DNA of 63,572 nt, filler included. It is 6 parts of 6 records of this genome, joined end to end, with 100 filler letters (N's around TTAATTAATTAA, not from the genome) between each part and the next. Parts side by side here need not be neighbours in the genome. Positions count along the whole stretch, not along the records: positions 12,298 to 23,821 come from DRR378314_2392; positions 23,922 to 33,173 come from DRR378314_2393; positions 33,274 to 39,543 come from DRR378314_2395; 3 more parts are not named here. The stretch is one strand, 5' to 3'. The notes beneath the pieces are model-generated. The model ran no database searches and had not been told where the DNA came from. It saw nothing but the letters and a program-made list of their open reading frames with translations. This document shows, piece by piece, positions 22,452 to 34,475 of the stretch. Position 1 is the first letter of the stretch; each line of letters begins with the position of its first letter. A program made the position numbers and the translations under genes.

Positions 22452-23498
22452 GTGCGCAAAATTATTCATTGCGACTGTGACTGCTTCTACGCAGCGGTTG
22501 AAATGCGCGACAACCCAGCGCTTAACGATGTGCCTATTGCGATAGGCGGCAGCGTTGAGCAGCGCGGGGTTGTCGCTACCTGTAACTACCCCGCCCGCGA
22601 ATTTGGCATCCACTCGGCCATGCCCATGGCGCAGGCACTCAAACGCTGCCCACATTTGACCGTTATCCGCGGTGATATGGCCAAATACAAAGCGGTGGCG
22701 CGTCAAGTGTTTGCGATTTATCGCGATGTGACTGAACTGATTGAACCACTCTCGCTAGATGAAGCCTTTTTAGACGTTACTGATGTTTCCCTGTGCAACG
22801 GCAGCGCCACCCGCATGGCCGAAGCGATTCGCCAACGAGTAAAGCGGGAAGTAGGCATTACCGTCTCGGCAGGCGTCGCGCCCAATAAGTTTCTTGCCAA
22901 AATTGCCAGCGACTGGCGCAAGCCCGATGGTCTGTTTGTGATCACGCCGAACGATATCGATGGCTTTGTGCAGCAACTGCCGGTCAAGAAAATCCACGGC
23001 GTAGGGCCGCGCACGGCTGAAAAATTGGCGGGGTTGGGTATTCAAACTTGTGCGGATTTGCGGTCTCGTCCGCTCACTGAGCTGGTCGAACAGTTTGGCC
23101 GCTTCGGTCATCGGCTGTTCGAGCTTAGCTTTGGGCGCGACGAGCGACCAGTGAAAACTCATCGTGAGCGGAAATCGATCAGCACCGAGCAAACTTACTC
23201 CCAGGACTTACCCACCCTGGAAGCCTGTCGCCAACAATTACCGGATCTTCTCAACGACTTAGAGCAGCGCTATGCCAGACTAGACCCCGCGCCCGGCGTG
23301 CGTGGCGTCATGGTCAAGGTCAAATTCAACGACTTTACCCAAACCACGGTTGAACACGCCGACCCAGCACCTAGCCTGGATCAATTCGAATCCCTGTTAA
23401 CTATTGGTTGGGCGCGAGGGGAGAGGCCCGTTCGGCTATTAGGCGTGGGCTATCGTTTGGCAGAAGAAGCCACCGTTCAGCAACTCTCGCTGTTTTAA
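22452..23498 (+). CDS. dinB: DNA polymerase IV
   Basis: RKIIHCDCDCFYAAVE, SLDEAFLD, NKFLAKIASDWRKPDG. Confidence 0.96.
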   Translation: MRKIIHCDCDCFYAAVEMRDNPALNDVPIAIGGSVEQRGVVATCNYPAREFGIHSAMPMAQALKRCPHLTVIRGDMAKYKAVARQVFAIYRDVTELIEPLSLDEAFLDVTDVSLCNGSATRMAEAIRQRVKREVGITVSAGVAPNKFLAKIASDWRKPDGLFVITPNDIDGFVQQLPVKKIHGVGPRTAEKLAGLGIQTCADLRSRPLTELVEQFGRFGHRLFELSFGRDERPVKTHRERKSISTEQTYSQDLPTLEACRQQLPDLLNDLEQRYARLDPAPGVRGVMVKVKFNDFTQTTVEHADPAPSLDQFESLLTIGWARGERPVRLLGVGYRLAEEATVQQLSLF

Positions 23499-23641
23499 TT
23501 AGCCTGTTAATACTTATGTCGATTGACGCTCATACAAAGGCGCGTTAAAACAGACGTATGATAGTTTGTCTACTTGCTAGCTAGTTAGCGTGGGTGCTGC
23601 TGCCACGCTGCTTTCCTGTCTTCCTACCTTGCGAGCTAACC

Positions 23642-23821
23642 ATGTCTGCCCATGCCACCCAACGCCCTCGTTTAGTGTTTGCCCATGCGAATGGCTTTCC
23701 TGGCTTAAGCTATCGCACGCTGCTGGAACCACTGGCAGAGTCGTTTGACCTCCATCCGCTAGATCGATTGGGTCATCACCCGGATTACCCGGTGAACCAT
23801 AACTGGGGCAATTTAGTCGAT
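23642..23821 (+). CDS. Alpha/beta hydrolase, 3' truncated
   Basis: LVFAHANGFPG..Y, GHHPDYPV..NW. Runs into the gap. Confidence 0.75.
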
Positions 23822-23921
23822 NNNNNNNNNNNNNNNNNNNNNNNNNNNNNNNNNNNNNNNNNNNNTTAATTAATTAANNNNNNNNNNNNNNNNNNNNNNN
23901 NNNNNNNNNNNNNNNNNNNNN
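23822..23921. other. Artificial contig linker
   Basis: N44-TTAATTAATTAA-N44. Confidence 0.98.
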
Positions 23922-24708
23922 CTGGATGTGGCGCGAAGGGATGTTCCACCGTGATATCAAGACGGGAAACTTGATCCTGCGCCAAGATCGAAAGAGCATC
24001 ATGATTGCCGATCTCGGGTCCTCGACGATGCGAAATCGCGCGGTGAGCACTGTCGCCGGCGGAACGGTGGGGACGCACGACTTCAGTGCGCCGGAAGTGT
24101 TTGACGAGCACGGCAATATCACAGACGGCGAGCGTTATACTGTGATGTCGGATGTGTGCTCGTTCGGTCTAGTGCTTGTGCGAGCGCTCTGCAAAAATAT
24201 GAAAGAGTTAAGCGGTATTGCCAGATCGCTTCGCACCAACTCACCTCACCGAATGCACGGTGTTGAGCGCTTGATGGAGAATTGCAATGGTATGAGTGAA
24301 GAGCTTAAGAGCCTGATACGCGGATGTCTTGACTATCGCGTGGAAGACCGCATGAAGCCGCACGAGATCTGGAAAGCGATGGACGGGACACTGGGCACAT
24401 CGTGGCAGAAAGACTGCCCTGCGTACCGCATCATGCTGTGGAGAGAGCTGAAACGTCCCGAGCTGGGAAGCGAGTTTGACGATATGCCGCAGTGGTGGCG
24501 AATCATCGAGCATACAAATGGCAAATTGTATCTTATTCCGCTGTGCAGCAAAACGAAGGAGAGTGTTCGACACACGTCGCATGAACTCAAGCCGTTCGAA
24601 CTCCCAACCACCACACGCGCGAAAACGAATATTGCAATCCAGTACTTTGCGCAACTTTTGGTTACTGCAGCTACGGATATGTTTTCCCCCTTGGCAATCT
24701 TCTCCTAA
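23922..24708 (+). CDS. Protein kinase, C-lobe only (5' truncated; may continue via splicing)
   Basis: HRDIKTGN, ADLG, GTHDFSAPE, SDVCSFG, LIRGCL...DR. Confidence 0.8.
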
Positions 24709-27287
24709 ACAAATTTGAAAATGCATTGGAGAACGTTGGACCAGGATACACGTACAATACGTACAAACATGCAAGACCATCGGGAGAATTGTTGGGGAGT
24801 CGCGCTAGCTCCGAAGGAAGCGCGGACACCCCCGAGATAGCAACGATGGAAGGTACAAACACTGATCTGGCGACCACAAACTTTTCGAAAAAGGTATGCG
24901 GACCAACAATGGGTCTGTCAGAATAATTTTCCGTAAGTAGAAGACCCGTATCTAGTCTCGTGATGGTCTGGCGTAGTAAGCGCTACAGCATAGGTTTCTT
25001 CTTTATGTTTCTTTCTTTCCAGCATGCACATTGTATAGCATCATTCACCGGCGGATATGTAGCAACGTTACCTTTCAGAAGGGCCTTGTGCGTTTACAAA
25101 GACCTCCTATCGATTACAATTCCCGTCGAAATTGCAAGAGAATGAAAAAACCGTCCCCGTTTACGTGAAATCGGCGGACGGTGCTCCTATGCTGGATTGG
25201 GGCAGTGCGTAATCATCTGCCCACCTCTGTGATCTCCTCCTGGACCTGATGCGACGTTACAGGAAACGCTGGGCCATTGGAGAAACTTGCTCTCGTTTGT
25301 ACGTGAACAAAATAATGCGAGGAAGAGCAACCAACGATTGGAGCGGCACTTCACGCGCAAGACTGATACTGTGTTGTGTCTGAAATGCGCCCAGCACCCC
25401 AAGGGATAAGGACTCTACGACAAAGCAGTTTTCTTCCGCTGGGTTATTCCATCGTGTTGCGACGGCATTTTCTTGATATTTGCGTTGGCACTGACTTGAT
25501 AGGAAGTTTCCTCTCCATGCTCCACCAATCTGCTAAGCTAAGCGGTGCACCAAGTCGAATATCATGAGCATCGCAGCGGTAATGGCAATGGCAAGCGCGT
25601 GAGCGCAAATCGCTCTGTGAGTGCTTCGAGTACTCCCTTCGAATACAACGCAAGCATGCTCGTACAAAGGAAAGCGTCGCATCCACCTCGTCAAACTGGA
25701 TTATTAGAGCATATTTTCACTTCGAGCAGTACACCGCTCATTTCCAGGGAATTCCAACGTTTGTCAGACAAAATTCCATGAACCCACATTTCTCGCACTT
25801 CGGAGATCTTCGTACGTACCGCGAGAAGTGGAAAGGAGCTCAAGATTTCTGAAGTGTGAAAGCCTTGAGCTAAGCCATTCGCTACCGTTTGCATTATCTA
25901 TGGCTTGTACCACGCTTAATCGAAGGCTTAAGCTGAAAGAAACAAGATGGTATTGGCGCTGAGTCCAATGCATTTCTTATTCACAGCAGCCGGTGTACTT
26001 ATTCGCTTTGCACTGCTCCTGCGAAACACGTGAGCGCAAAACGCGGCCAGTTGCCTGTTGCTACGAGCACAAGCACGAGCGCTACGGCTACACCGCCTCC
26101 GCTCAATCTCGTCCAGCAGGAAAAAGAGCATAATCAAACTGCAATACAAGTAATAAGAAGTTGTGTTTTTCGCTTGAGAGGACGCAGCGCAGTACATGGA
26201 TCGTTCGCCCACACAAAGCAAGGTCGTCGCCTGAGATCGCTCATGTGCTCAACTTCGTTGGCACAGCACACTCGGCGCTCATGTGCGTTCAAATGGAGGC
26301 CTTCTCGTCCCATAGTGTTTTAAAATCATTTTCACGCCTACATCCATTGCCTACATATAAATTCAATATCCACTATGGGAGAGAAGCGTCATAACGTGTC
26401 GTGAGTGCAAGGACTTAGTCACATTTCCACTCGCGCCGAGTTTCTGCTGCTCAGTGCGTGTGTTTGCGTCCAGCACCCAACTTCCGCCGGAGCGCTGGTC
26501 GAAAGAGACATTCTGTGCATGGGGCTACGTCACTTAATTATCTCATGCAGAAGGCATCCATTTATTTTTGCGAACAAAAAACGGGCACTAACGTGCTTGT
26601 GGGTACGCCCGCTCGTTTGTGCGCGATTGAGAAACCAAGCAGTTTCTGCTTTATCGGCGAAGCGGACGAGGGCGAGTTCTCAGCCGTTCGTTCCGTCGTC
26701 GACTGCGCGACTTGCACAGCACGGCGACCGCTGGAATTATTCATCGGTTCTCAACCAAATAAGCCTTTTTATACTTTTGAAGAATGCATTTGCTTCAATG
26801 GAAACGAGGCTCTCTGTTCAGAACAATAAATCGAAGAGCTCGCCAAGAATTCCCAGCGCCAAGTTGCTAACCGTTCCTTCGGCGACGGAGTCGAGCTCGC
26901 GTTGTGCTCGCTGTCCAGGCAGCATCATCCATTCGCACCCCTAGCTCGCGTCCAGCGAGGCCGCTTCGCCGCTGGCGCCCGCCGCCCACTCGAATGCGCA
27001 TTTGATTCTGCGAGAACGCCCAGGAGCACACTGGGACGCAAGCACAGCCGAGCCGCCGGAACCGCCCTCGCGGTGCATTTTTCTCCTTCTTCTTCGCTGT
27101 CCTTGGATTGCTTAGCCCGAAGCGCATCTTCCCAAGCTTCTGCTTTTCCTCTTCTGTGGTATTGAAACTAGTTTGGGGGTGAAGCGCCTTCGCTTCCGCA
27201 ACAAGCCGTCTTTTCTGCAACAATACGTGGACTTGGCTGTTGAGTGACGAACTGTGCAAGTCTTTCGCGAACTCAGGGACCCTCGCT

Positions 27288-29428
27288 ATGGCGTTTCTGG
27301 ATCCAAGGACACGCCTCCTGGTACTTCTGTCAATGTAAGATTCTTAGCCTCGCAATGCTGCACACATACATATATAGGGAAAATGATTCATCCCAATATA
27401 GTTCATCCGTTGCAGTGAGCGCTTTCCCTACTTTTTTCCTGACTCTGCCGAGGGTGAACCGTTGGGCTCGTTGTGCCGGCTCCACTAGTTTGGAGCAACA
27501 GCATCCCGCTTGTTTCTGTGCCGCTGAACGTACCTACAGGCTCTTCTCCCCATTCGTTCTCATGGCTCTGTCGCTAATTATGTTGCTCGTTTTCTGTATT
27601 GATGTTTAACAGGACCGCCCTTATGACAGCATTACTTCAGAGACGCGTGGAGGACGAGGCTAGTATTGTGGCGAGGAACAGAGCCGAGAGAGAGCAAGTG
27701 CTTGAAGAATCGAAGAATGTGTGGAACGAGTCTCTGCATTACCCTCAAGAATATGCAAGCCGCTTCCCGTACTCGTCACCTGCGGAAGGTCGATTTATGA
27801 GTAGTCTTTCGTATGCAAGACACTCTATATACTCAGGGCCCACTTTTGACTCCCAAAGAGAGTATCAGACGGTGCCTGGGGCGGACACGCACGCTGATAT
27901 ACAGAACGTAAAGGGTAGTGAGTGTCCCACTGGGTACGCGATAGTGGCCGTTCTTTCCGACGAGATCGTCTGCGGCAAACCAAGAAACTCCCTTGCTTGC
28001 CAGGAGAAAAAGTTTGAAAGCAAATTCGACCATTCTGATAATTGGAACGAACTGCGGCTGTCGTGTCCGACGGGTGCTTTCCTATCGAGCAAATTACGGG
28101 ATCCAGACGAAGCTGTGTATTGGGCTCGGAGATATATTCAACGTTTCAGTTGCTCCTGCTGCTCCTTCCTCATTCCACTGAGCGACGATACCAAGTACTC
28201 CTGGATGACGCGAGCCAGCCTTTTCCTCCATGAACGAGGTATCGCTGTTGAGATGCTTTCACTCTCAGTTATCTCCCTTACCACCATGGGTGCGTTTGTG
28301 CTTCTCTACCGCCTTCTCTTTCCACATCTCTCCGTCCTACTCTCCTTGATGCACGGTGCTCTCTTGCATCTTCTCGGCAATACCCAAACGAGCGTTAAAT
28401 CTCTCTTCAAAGGGGTTCTCGGGGAGCGTCGATCGCAGCCATCGCCCCATACCACGCTAGCCATTCCCCGCGCTGTACCACCGCCGTTCCCTTCGACTGG
28501 TATTCCGGTAATTCCGTGGGCCGACATTTCCTCCTTTCTTGTTGAAAACAATTTTCTTGGAAGAGGTGCTGCCGGTGAAGTGTACCAGGGGGAGCTGCAT
28601 GGAGAAGAAGTTGCTATTAAAGTCCCATATGGAAGGGGACTTGCAATGGCGCACATTGACGAATTTCGGCGTGAAGCGCAAGCACTTGACAATTTGCGAC
28701 CGCATCCACATGTGATGCCGCTCAAATATGTGGTAGCAGAACGGACTGGTGTAGCTCTTATTTTCCCGCTTGCAAGAAAGCTTGAAGATGTTTGCTTTGA
28801 GCTGAGAAAAAGTGCAAACGAAGACCGCAAGGAGGAGAATATTGTTCCACGCCGAGTCCTGCAGTACATGCGCGACATCGCTCGTGGGCTGCGTCATCTC
28901 CACAACCAGTCGTTGGAGCACCGTGATGTAAAGCCGGCGAATACATTTTTGTTGCAAGATGCGACAACCGGAAAGTTTCGTGCTGTAATCTCTGACTTTG
29001 GGACGGCCAAGATGCGAATGCTTCAGACACTTTTAAGTCAGAATTCTAGTCCTTTGGCGAGTGGTACGGTAGCGTACATGCCACCGGAACAAGCGGCAAT
29101 GCGCAAGAAGAGGAAGTATGACGTTTCTACAAAGAGTGACATATGGGCATTCGGCCTCACCATGAACGAGCTGATGAGTGGAGAAACGCCATACGAGGGA
29201 GACGATGTTCCCGATATCGAGTACTTGGTTCGAAACGAGGTGGCTGCTGGACGGCACTTTCCCAGGGCGTGCGAAAGACTTCCCGAAAACATACAAACGC
29301 TGATCAACTCGTGTTTTGCCTTCAATCCAGCAGATCGTCCTTCCGCGCACGACCTTCTCGAAACCTTTAGTGACATGCTTCACGGAACTCTGGAGGAAAT
29401 CATGGGGCAAACTGCGCCCCTCCCTTGA
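27288..29428 (+). CDS. Receptor-like Ser/Thr (TKL-type) kinase: signal peptide, Cys-rich ectodomain, TM, kinase
   Basis: Exon 27288-27334 plus intron GTAAGA...CTAAT...TTAACAG (27335-27612) plus exon 27613-29428 gives in-phase MAFLDPRTRLLVLLSMTALMTALL. Two CPTG repeats, hydrophobic span, LGRGAAG, VAIK, HRDVKPAN, DFG, GTVAYMPPE, SDIWAFG. Confidence 0.85.
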
Positions 29429-31027
29429 GCCGTTCTCAGCGCGAGACTGTTAACCAGGAAGTTTGTTTCTCCGACTCGTGCACGAAAGGAGGACTCGCGT
29501 TTCATGTCTTGGCTAAAGAAAGAAAACCCTGGATGGTAGACTTCGCTGACTTCTGTGGACGAGGCTCGTGTGAGTCGATTCGTTGCGTGAGTGCTTGTTT
29601 TGTAGCAGTGCTTTTTGTGCGCTTGTGTGCAAAATGCACATTGCAATACAAGTACATAGCACAGTACCTTCGTTTGTCAGTGAACCTGTGGAAAGGTAGG
29701 CGATTTTGTTACGCGTCTACTGGACGGGAGAGCGCACGAGGACGTACCGGAGCTGCCATTCGGTTAGATTGAGTTTGGGTCTTCACCTCTTCCGCAGAAA
29801 CAACGGCCAACATTGGAATCTGCCTTCCGAATGCGGTCCATACTTGTTCGCACCATAGAAAAGTTCACAGAACACAAGCCTAGTGCTTGCACAGATTTCC
29901 TGATGACGCGCTTTTGCTGCAAGGAAGCAGCTTTCTCAGCGTACATGTGCCTATCAGAGATCCCTTCGTAATCCGCACGAACCGTTGCACTACTGGGAAT
30001 CACGCAAATACGCTGCGATCAAAAATTTGCAGTTGTCAGAGCCAACGACGCTTGCGAGCCCCGCGATGGAGATACCTTGAACGAGTATATCCCACCGACA
30101 CATTTCACCACCGGGCGCAAAAGCTATGGAATTTCTGCCGGGAAAAGATCACGGTTCCTTTACTTCTGTACAGCTACGTCGAAGCGTGTTAATAAGTGTT
30201 AATGAATTCTCTTTTGATCAGGTACCGAGAGAAATGGGCACGCTGAATGTCGCACAGGAGAACGCGCGCGTGCAGAAAAGAAGTAATCCTTGCGCCGAAT
30301 GCTGGCCAACGAGCTCATGCACTATGTCTATCTTGTTGCCCTCGCCGTGCTTCTGATTGGAAATCAATGGTAAAGATGGAATCATGGTCTATGTATAATC
30401 GTTTCTGATCAGGTAAGCGCCGAGTTGCCTCAAGCGTAGCACGTTCATGATTGCCGGTACTTTCATAGTAGAGCTGCGGTAGCGTAAGCGACATGTGAGG
30501 TGACTGCAGCACCATCACGAGCTCAAATGGCGCTGTGTAGAGGCAGAAGAGCGTACTCTCCGCGGTCTGAAAGTGCCGCATGACATTTAATGAGTCTTCT
30601 CTCCCAAAGAGCCGTGACACCAAATCTATGGAATCATGGGCGTGTGTCTCACCAGCTCGGTCGTCCTGCATAAAGGTCGGTGCAAGCACAAACCTTGCGC
30701 AGCGCAACGCCACGGCCGGTCTGTTCCTAACCCGCTCCACAACTCTATTCCTACAAAGTTTACCAAATAGACAACAATCCGTGAGCGCGGCAACTGAGTC
30801 ATCAACCCAGAAACACAGAGCAAAAGATATACTGCGGAAGCACGTACAAAACACTCGCCGAGGAGCAACAAAACCTTGCGCAAAACCCAGAAACATGCAC
30901 GCATGGGTCTCAAGGAATGAAGAAAATCCTTTTTGTGGTTCACCGACCCCATTAGCACGTACTTCAGCCTGTATTCTCTCCGCAGTGCCCAACGCGCAAT
31001 GCTACTTGCATTGCACTGTTCTCCTGC

Positions 31028-33173
31028 TTACGACGCCGGCGCAGTCTGACGCGAGCTACCTTCTCCCCCGGTCCCATCGAGCGCATTCCTGAGCGCCTCG
31101 GCCACGTCGCGCGCACTCGGGCGGTTCGCGGGGTCAAACGACAAGCACCTGGCCACGATGCCGCGCAGCGCAGTGCTCGGAATTTCCTCTGCCGCCTCGG
31201 GGTGGAACTCGCCCCGCGCGACCTCGCAGCGCAGAAAGTCCACAAGATCGCAGTCATCGACTTCATCTTTGTACGGCCGCTTCTGTGAAAAGATCTCGTT
31301 GATCACCAGCGCCAGTGCCCACACGTCCGACTTGGTCGACGGCTGGAATCTGCGCATCTTTTTCACGCGGATGAGCGCTTCCGGCGCGCGGTACAGCAGC
31401 GCGCCGACCTCGTCTGCCGCTCCCTCGGCGCCTGATCGCTGCGCAGAGAGCGAAATGACGGCGGCATGCACTTTTGACGATCCAAAGTCGGAGAGCACCG
31501 CGTGCGTATCCGAGAGCAAGAGAATGTTCGACGGCGAAAGGTCGCGGTGCTCGACGCCGTGGTCGTGGATGTGCGCGAGCCCGCGCGCCACGCCATGCAA
31601 GAGGTGTAGCGATTTGCGGCAATCGATCTCCTTGGTGTGGTCGATGTGATCTCGCAGCGACGCGCGTGCGAGCGGCTGGACGATTGCGATGCCGCGCGGG
31701 TCAGCCACCACGTGCAGCATTTTGATGGTGTTTGGGTGCTCGGGCACCTCGGCCAGCACCTGGATCTCGCTGCGGAACGCGGAGACGGCCGCTTTGGTGA
31801 AACCGCGTCCCACAAGCTTCTTGATCGCAACAAACTTGCCGTCCATCGAGGCGCGGTAAATGTCCGACGTGGATCCCGCTCCGATCAGGCGCGTCGACTC
31901 GCTAGCGAGCAGCGACTCGAGCTCCGTGTAGCCCATAAACAGGCTCGATGAGAAGCTCTCCAGCAGCGACGCGTCCAGCGGCGCAGCATGCCGCCGCGGG
32001 TAGTTGGCGACGGCCTCGAGCAGCTTCTGGTGCCCCAGGTCGCTCAGAGCACTCTTGCACACGCGGACTTCGCGCAGAGGCGCCTGGAAGGCGTGATCTT
32101 TGGCTGCTTTTTCGAGCTTGTCGAGAAAGTGCGGTAGCGTGGTGTCGGACAATACCCGGTTGTTCGTCATGTCGACGATCTCGACGCGGCTTCCCGGCTC
32201 TGTACAGAGGAGGAACACCGACGCCATGCTCTCGAGCTCTGCGGTGGACAGGCTGCTTGCCTTGGGCGCACTCGTGAAGACATCGATCTCTTTGCACCCC
32301 ACTTTGACCATGATGGTGAATGCGAGGTCGAGGCATTTGGCCCATCGGTCCTCCGCCTCCAGCTGGTAGAATGCCCGAGCGCGGGTCCATTGCAGCTGCT
32401 CCGGCGCGCCAATCAGGTTGCCGAGCTGGGCGCCAAGCTCGCGCACGTGCTCTACATACGCCGACGCCGGTAGGCCTTGGTCGACAGCGTGAAGAAGCAA
32501 AAGTGCGCGGCATTCACTTGCCTGCTCTAGCATGCACGCTTGCTGAGCGAGTTCGAGGCTGCGCTGCAGCAGCGACATCGCGCGCACAGGGTCAGCGGCG
32601 CTTTCGCGAGCGCGTCGCAGCAGACTCGGCGCCAAGCTGCGCGCCTCCGCTTCGCAAATTCCGATTGTGTAGCCGGGAGGATCGGGTTCACTGCCATACC
32701 AGCACGAAGGGTGTCCATCGATCAGGAATATCCCGTCTTGCGTCTTTCGGTACGGGACCCCGTGCTTGCAGACCGCGTTCTTCCACTCGTCCAGGCTTGC
32801 ACGCGGGTGGTACGTGCGCTCGTCGGGGGGAATTGCAATGTTACGGTGGGAAACACTGCTCGCTCGTTCGTTTTCGGCACTGACACAAAAGGCATTCGGA
32901 TTGCCTGCAGGGCAATGCCAGCACACTCCATTCTCGTAATGCCAGCTACATTGCGGTATCGTGCGCTTATTCGGCTGGGCTCCGCTAACGTTTACAAGAT
33001 CCACCTGGCGAATGTGGCAGCGCTTCGGTATGCTCCACACATCGACAACGGTCTTCCAGCCTTGCGCGGCTTGCTCGGTCCCATCCTTGGACAGTATCCG
33101 ACTCGCAAACAGAAACTTGAAATCGCTGGAAACGCCCGACAATCCATACCATGCTTCTCTTCGAACTCTTGAT
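31028..33173 (-). CDS. TKL-type protein kinase with long N-terminal extension, 5' truncated
   Basis: The frame is open to the contig end. IGAGSTS, VAIKK, HRDLSPSN, DFG, YRAPE, SDVWAL, CLSFDPANRPSA. Confidence 0.88.
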
Positions 33174-33273
33174 NNNNNNNNNNNNNNNNNNNNNNNNNNN
33201 NNNNNNNNNNNNNNNNNTTAATTAATTAANNNNNNNNNNNNNNNNNNNNNNNNNNNNNNNNNNNNNNNNNNNN
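33174..33273. other. Artificial contig linker
   Basis: N44-TTAATTAATTAA-N44. Confidence 0.98.
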
Positions 33274-33786
33274 CATCTTCAAGGCGAACAACGGGCCAAA
33301 GCGCGAGCCGCTTTCGAGCGCGGACGCGCCGACGACTTCAACCTAGATGCAGAACTGGCGAACGTTAATCGACTGACCCAGCGCCAACCGGTTTTACGCC
33401 AGGTGTTTTTGCAGGTTCAGTTAACCGCCATCGCTGCCGACGGCGTGCTGCATCCTGCCGAGCACGAGATGATTTTGCGCGTGGCCCGCGGCGTAGGCTG
33501 TAGCGACGCCGAAGTGCAGCAAATCGAAGCCATGCTTCACGGTGCCGCCGCGAATTCGCAGGGCTCCAGCGAAGAGGCATTGAAAGACGCCTATCAAGTA
33601 CTAGGAGTGAGTGAAGACGCCAGCGACGCTGAAATCAAAAAAGCGTACCGCCGCCTAATGAGCCAAAACCACCCCGACAAACTCGCCGGTAAAGGGTTGC
33701 CTGAAAGCATGCGTGAAGTGGCCCAGGCACGCACCAGCGAAATTGGCAACGCTTACGAACGCATCCGTAGCGCCCGAGACCGGTAG
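33274..33786 (+). CDS. djlA: Co-chaperone DjlA, 5' truncated
   Basis: TerB-like ADGVLHPAE followed by a J domain (AYQVLG, KKAYRRLMSQNHPDKL). Confidence 0.9.
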   Translation, partial: HLQGEQRAKARAAFERGRADDFNLDAELANVNRLTQRQPVLRQVFLQVQLTAIAADGVLHPAEHEMILRVARGVGCSDAEVQQIEAMLHGAAANSQGSSEEALKDAYQVLGVSEDASDAEIKKAYRRLMSQNHPDKLAGKGLPESMREVAQARTSEIGNAYERIRSARDR

Positions 33787-33848
33787 CTCGACAGGTTTCC
33801 AAGCACTCGCTACATTAAAGCCTCACCGCGCTGCTTAGGAACCGCCTA

Positions 33849-34475
33849 ATGATAACGAACTACAGTTTTCCGAACTCTCGCTCGCTGCGGGTTACCTGGA
33901 CACTTGAAGAGCTTGGCCTGGAGTACCGCTGCCAGCATGTCGCATTGGATAGCGGCGAGGGACAAACTGCTGAGCACCTAGCCCGCCATCCAGATGGCAA
34001 GGTGCCAGTGATTGAAGATGGCGAGCTAACGCTGTTTGAATCGGCACCTATCTGCCGTTATCTAGCCGAGCAATACGGTGATGGCCGCCTTCTGCCAGAA
34101 AGCGCCGCTGAGCGAGCGCAAGTCGACCAGTGGCTAAGCTTTATCGTCACCGAAATCGAGCAACCGCTGTGGCTTCAGGCCAAGCATAAATTTGCCCTCC
34201 CCCAAGATAAGCGCGTGCCTTCAGTATTGCCCACCGCCGCCTGGGAATTTCAGCGGGCACTGTTAGCACTAGAACGTCGCTACCAGGGCCAGGAGACGTT
34301 AGTCGGCGAGACGTTCACCCTGGCAGATATCTTCCTTACCCATACGTTAACGTGGGCAGCCAGTATGAAACACCGACTGCCTGAACCCCTAGCTGTCTAC
34401 CGCGCACGTCACACTGAGCGCCCAGCGCTAGCCCGTGCCGTGGAAAAAGAGCAAGAAGCGGCAGTTGATCGCTAG
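33849..34475 (+). CDS. Glutathione S-transferase family protein
   Basis: SRSLRVTWTLEELG, HPDGKVP, LFESAPI, FTLADI. Confidence 0.92.
   Translation: MITNYSFPNSRSLRVTWTLEELGLEYRCQHVALDSGEGQTAEHLARHPDGKVPVIEDGELTLFESAPICRYLAEQYGDGRLLPESAAERAQVDQWLSFIVTEIEQPLWLQAKHKFALPQDKRVPSVLPTAAWEFQRALLALERRYQGQETLVGETFTLADIFLTHTLTWAASMKHRLPEPLAVYRARHTERPALARAVEKEQEAAVDR

Noticed and set aside
12298-23821. Bacterial genes as a large HGT insertion in the eukaryote
   Set aside because: Separated from eukaryotic DNA only by artificial linkers, and retains operons, RBS, a LexA box and terminators without introns.
23922-33173. Possible stop-codon reassignment suggested by interrupted frames
   Set aside because: Reconstructed eukaryotic genes end in TAG, TGA and TAA and contain no in-frame stops, so the standard code fits.
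23922-33173. Kinase contig as giant-virus or bacterial DNA
   Set aside because: No viral hallmark genes or RBS/operon structure, low coding density, and one phase-consistent spliceosomal intron.
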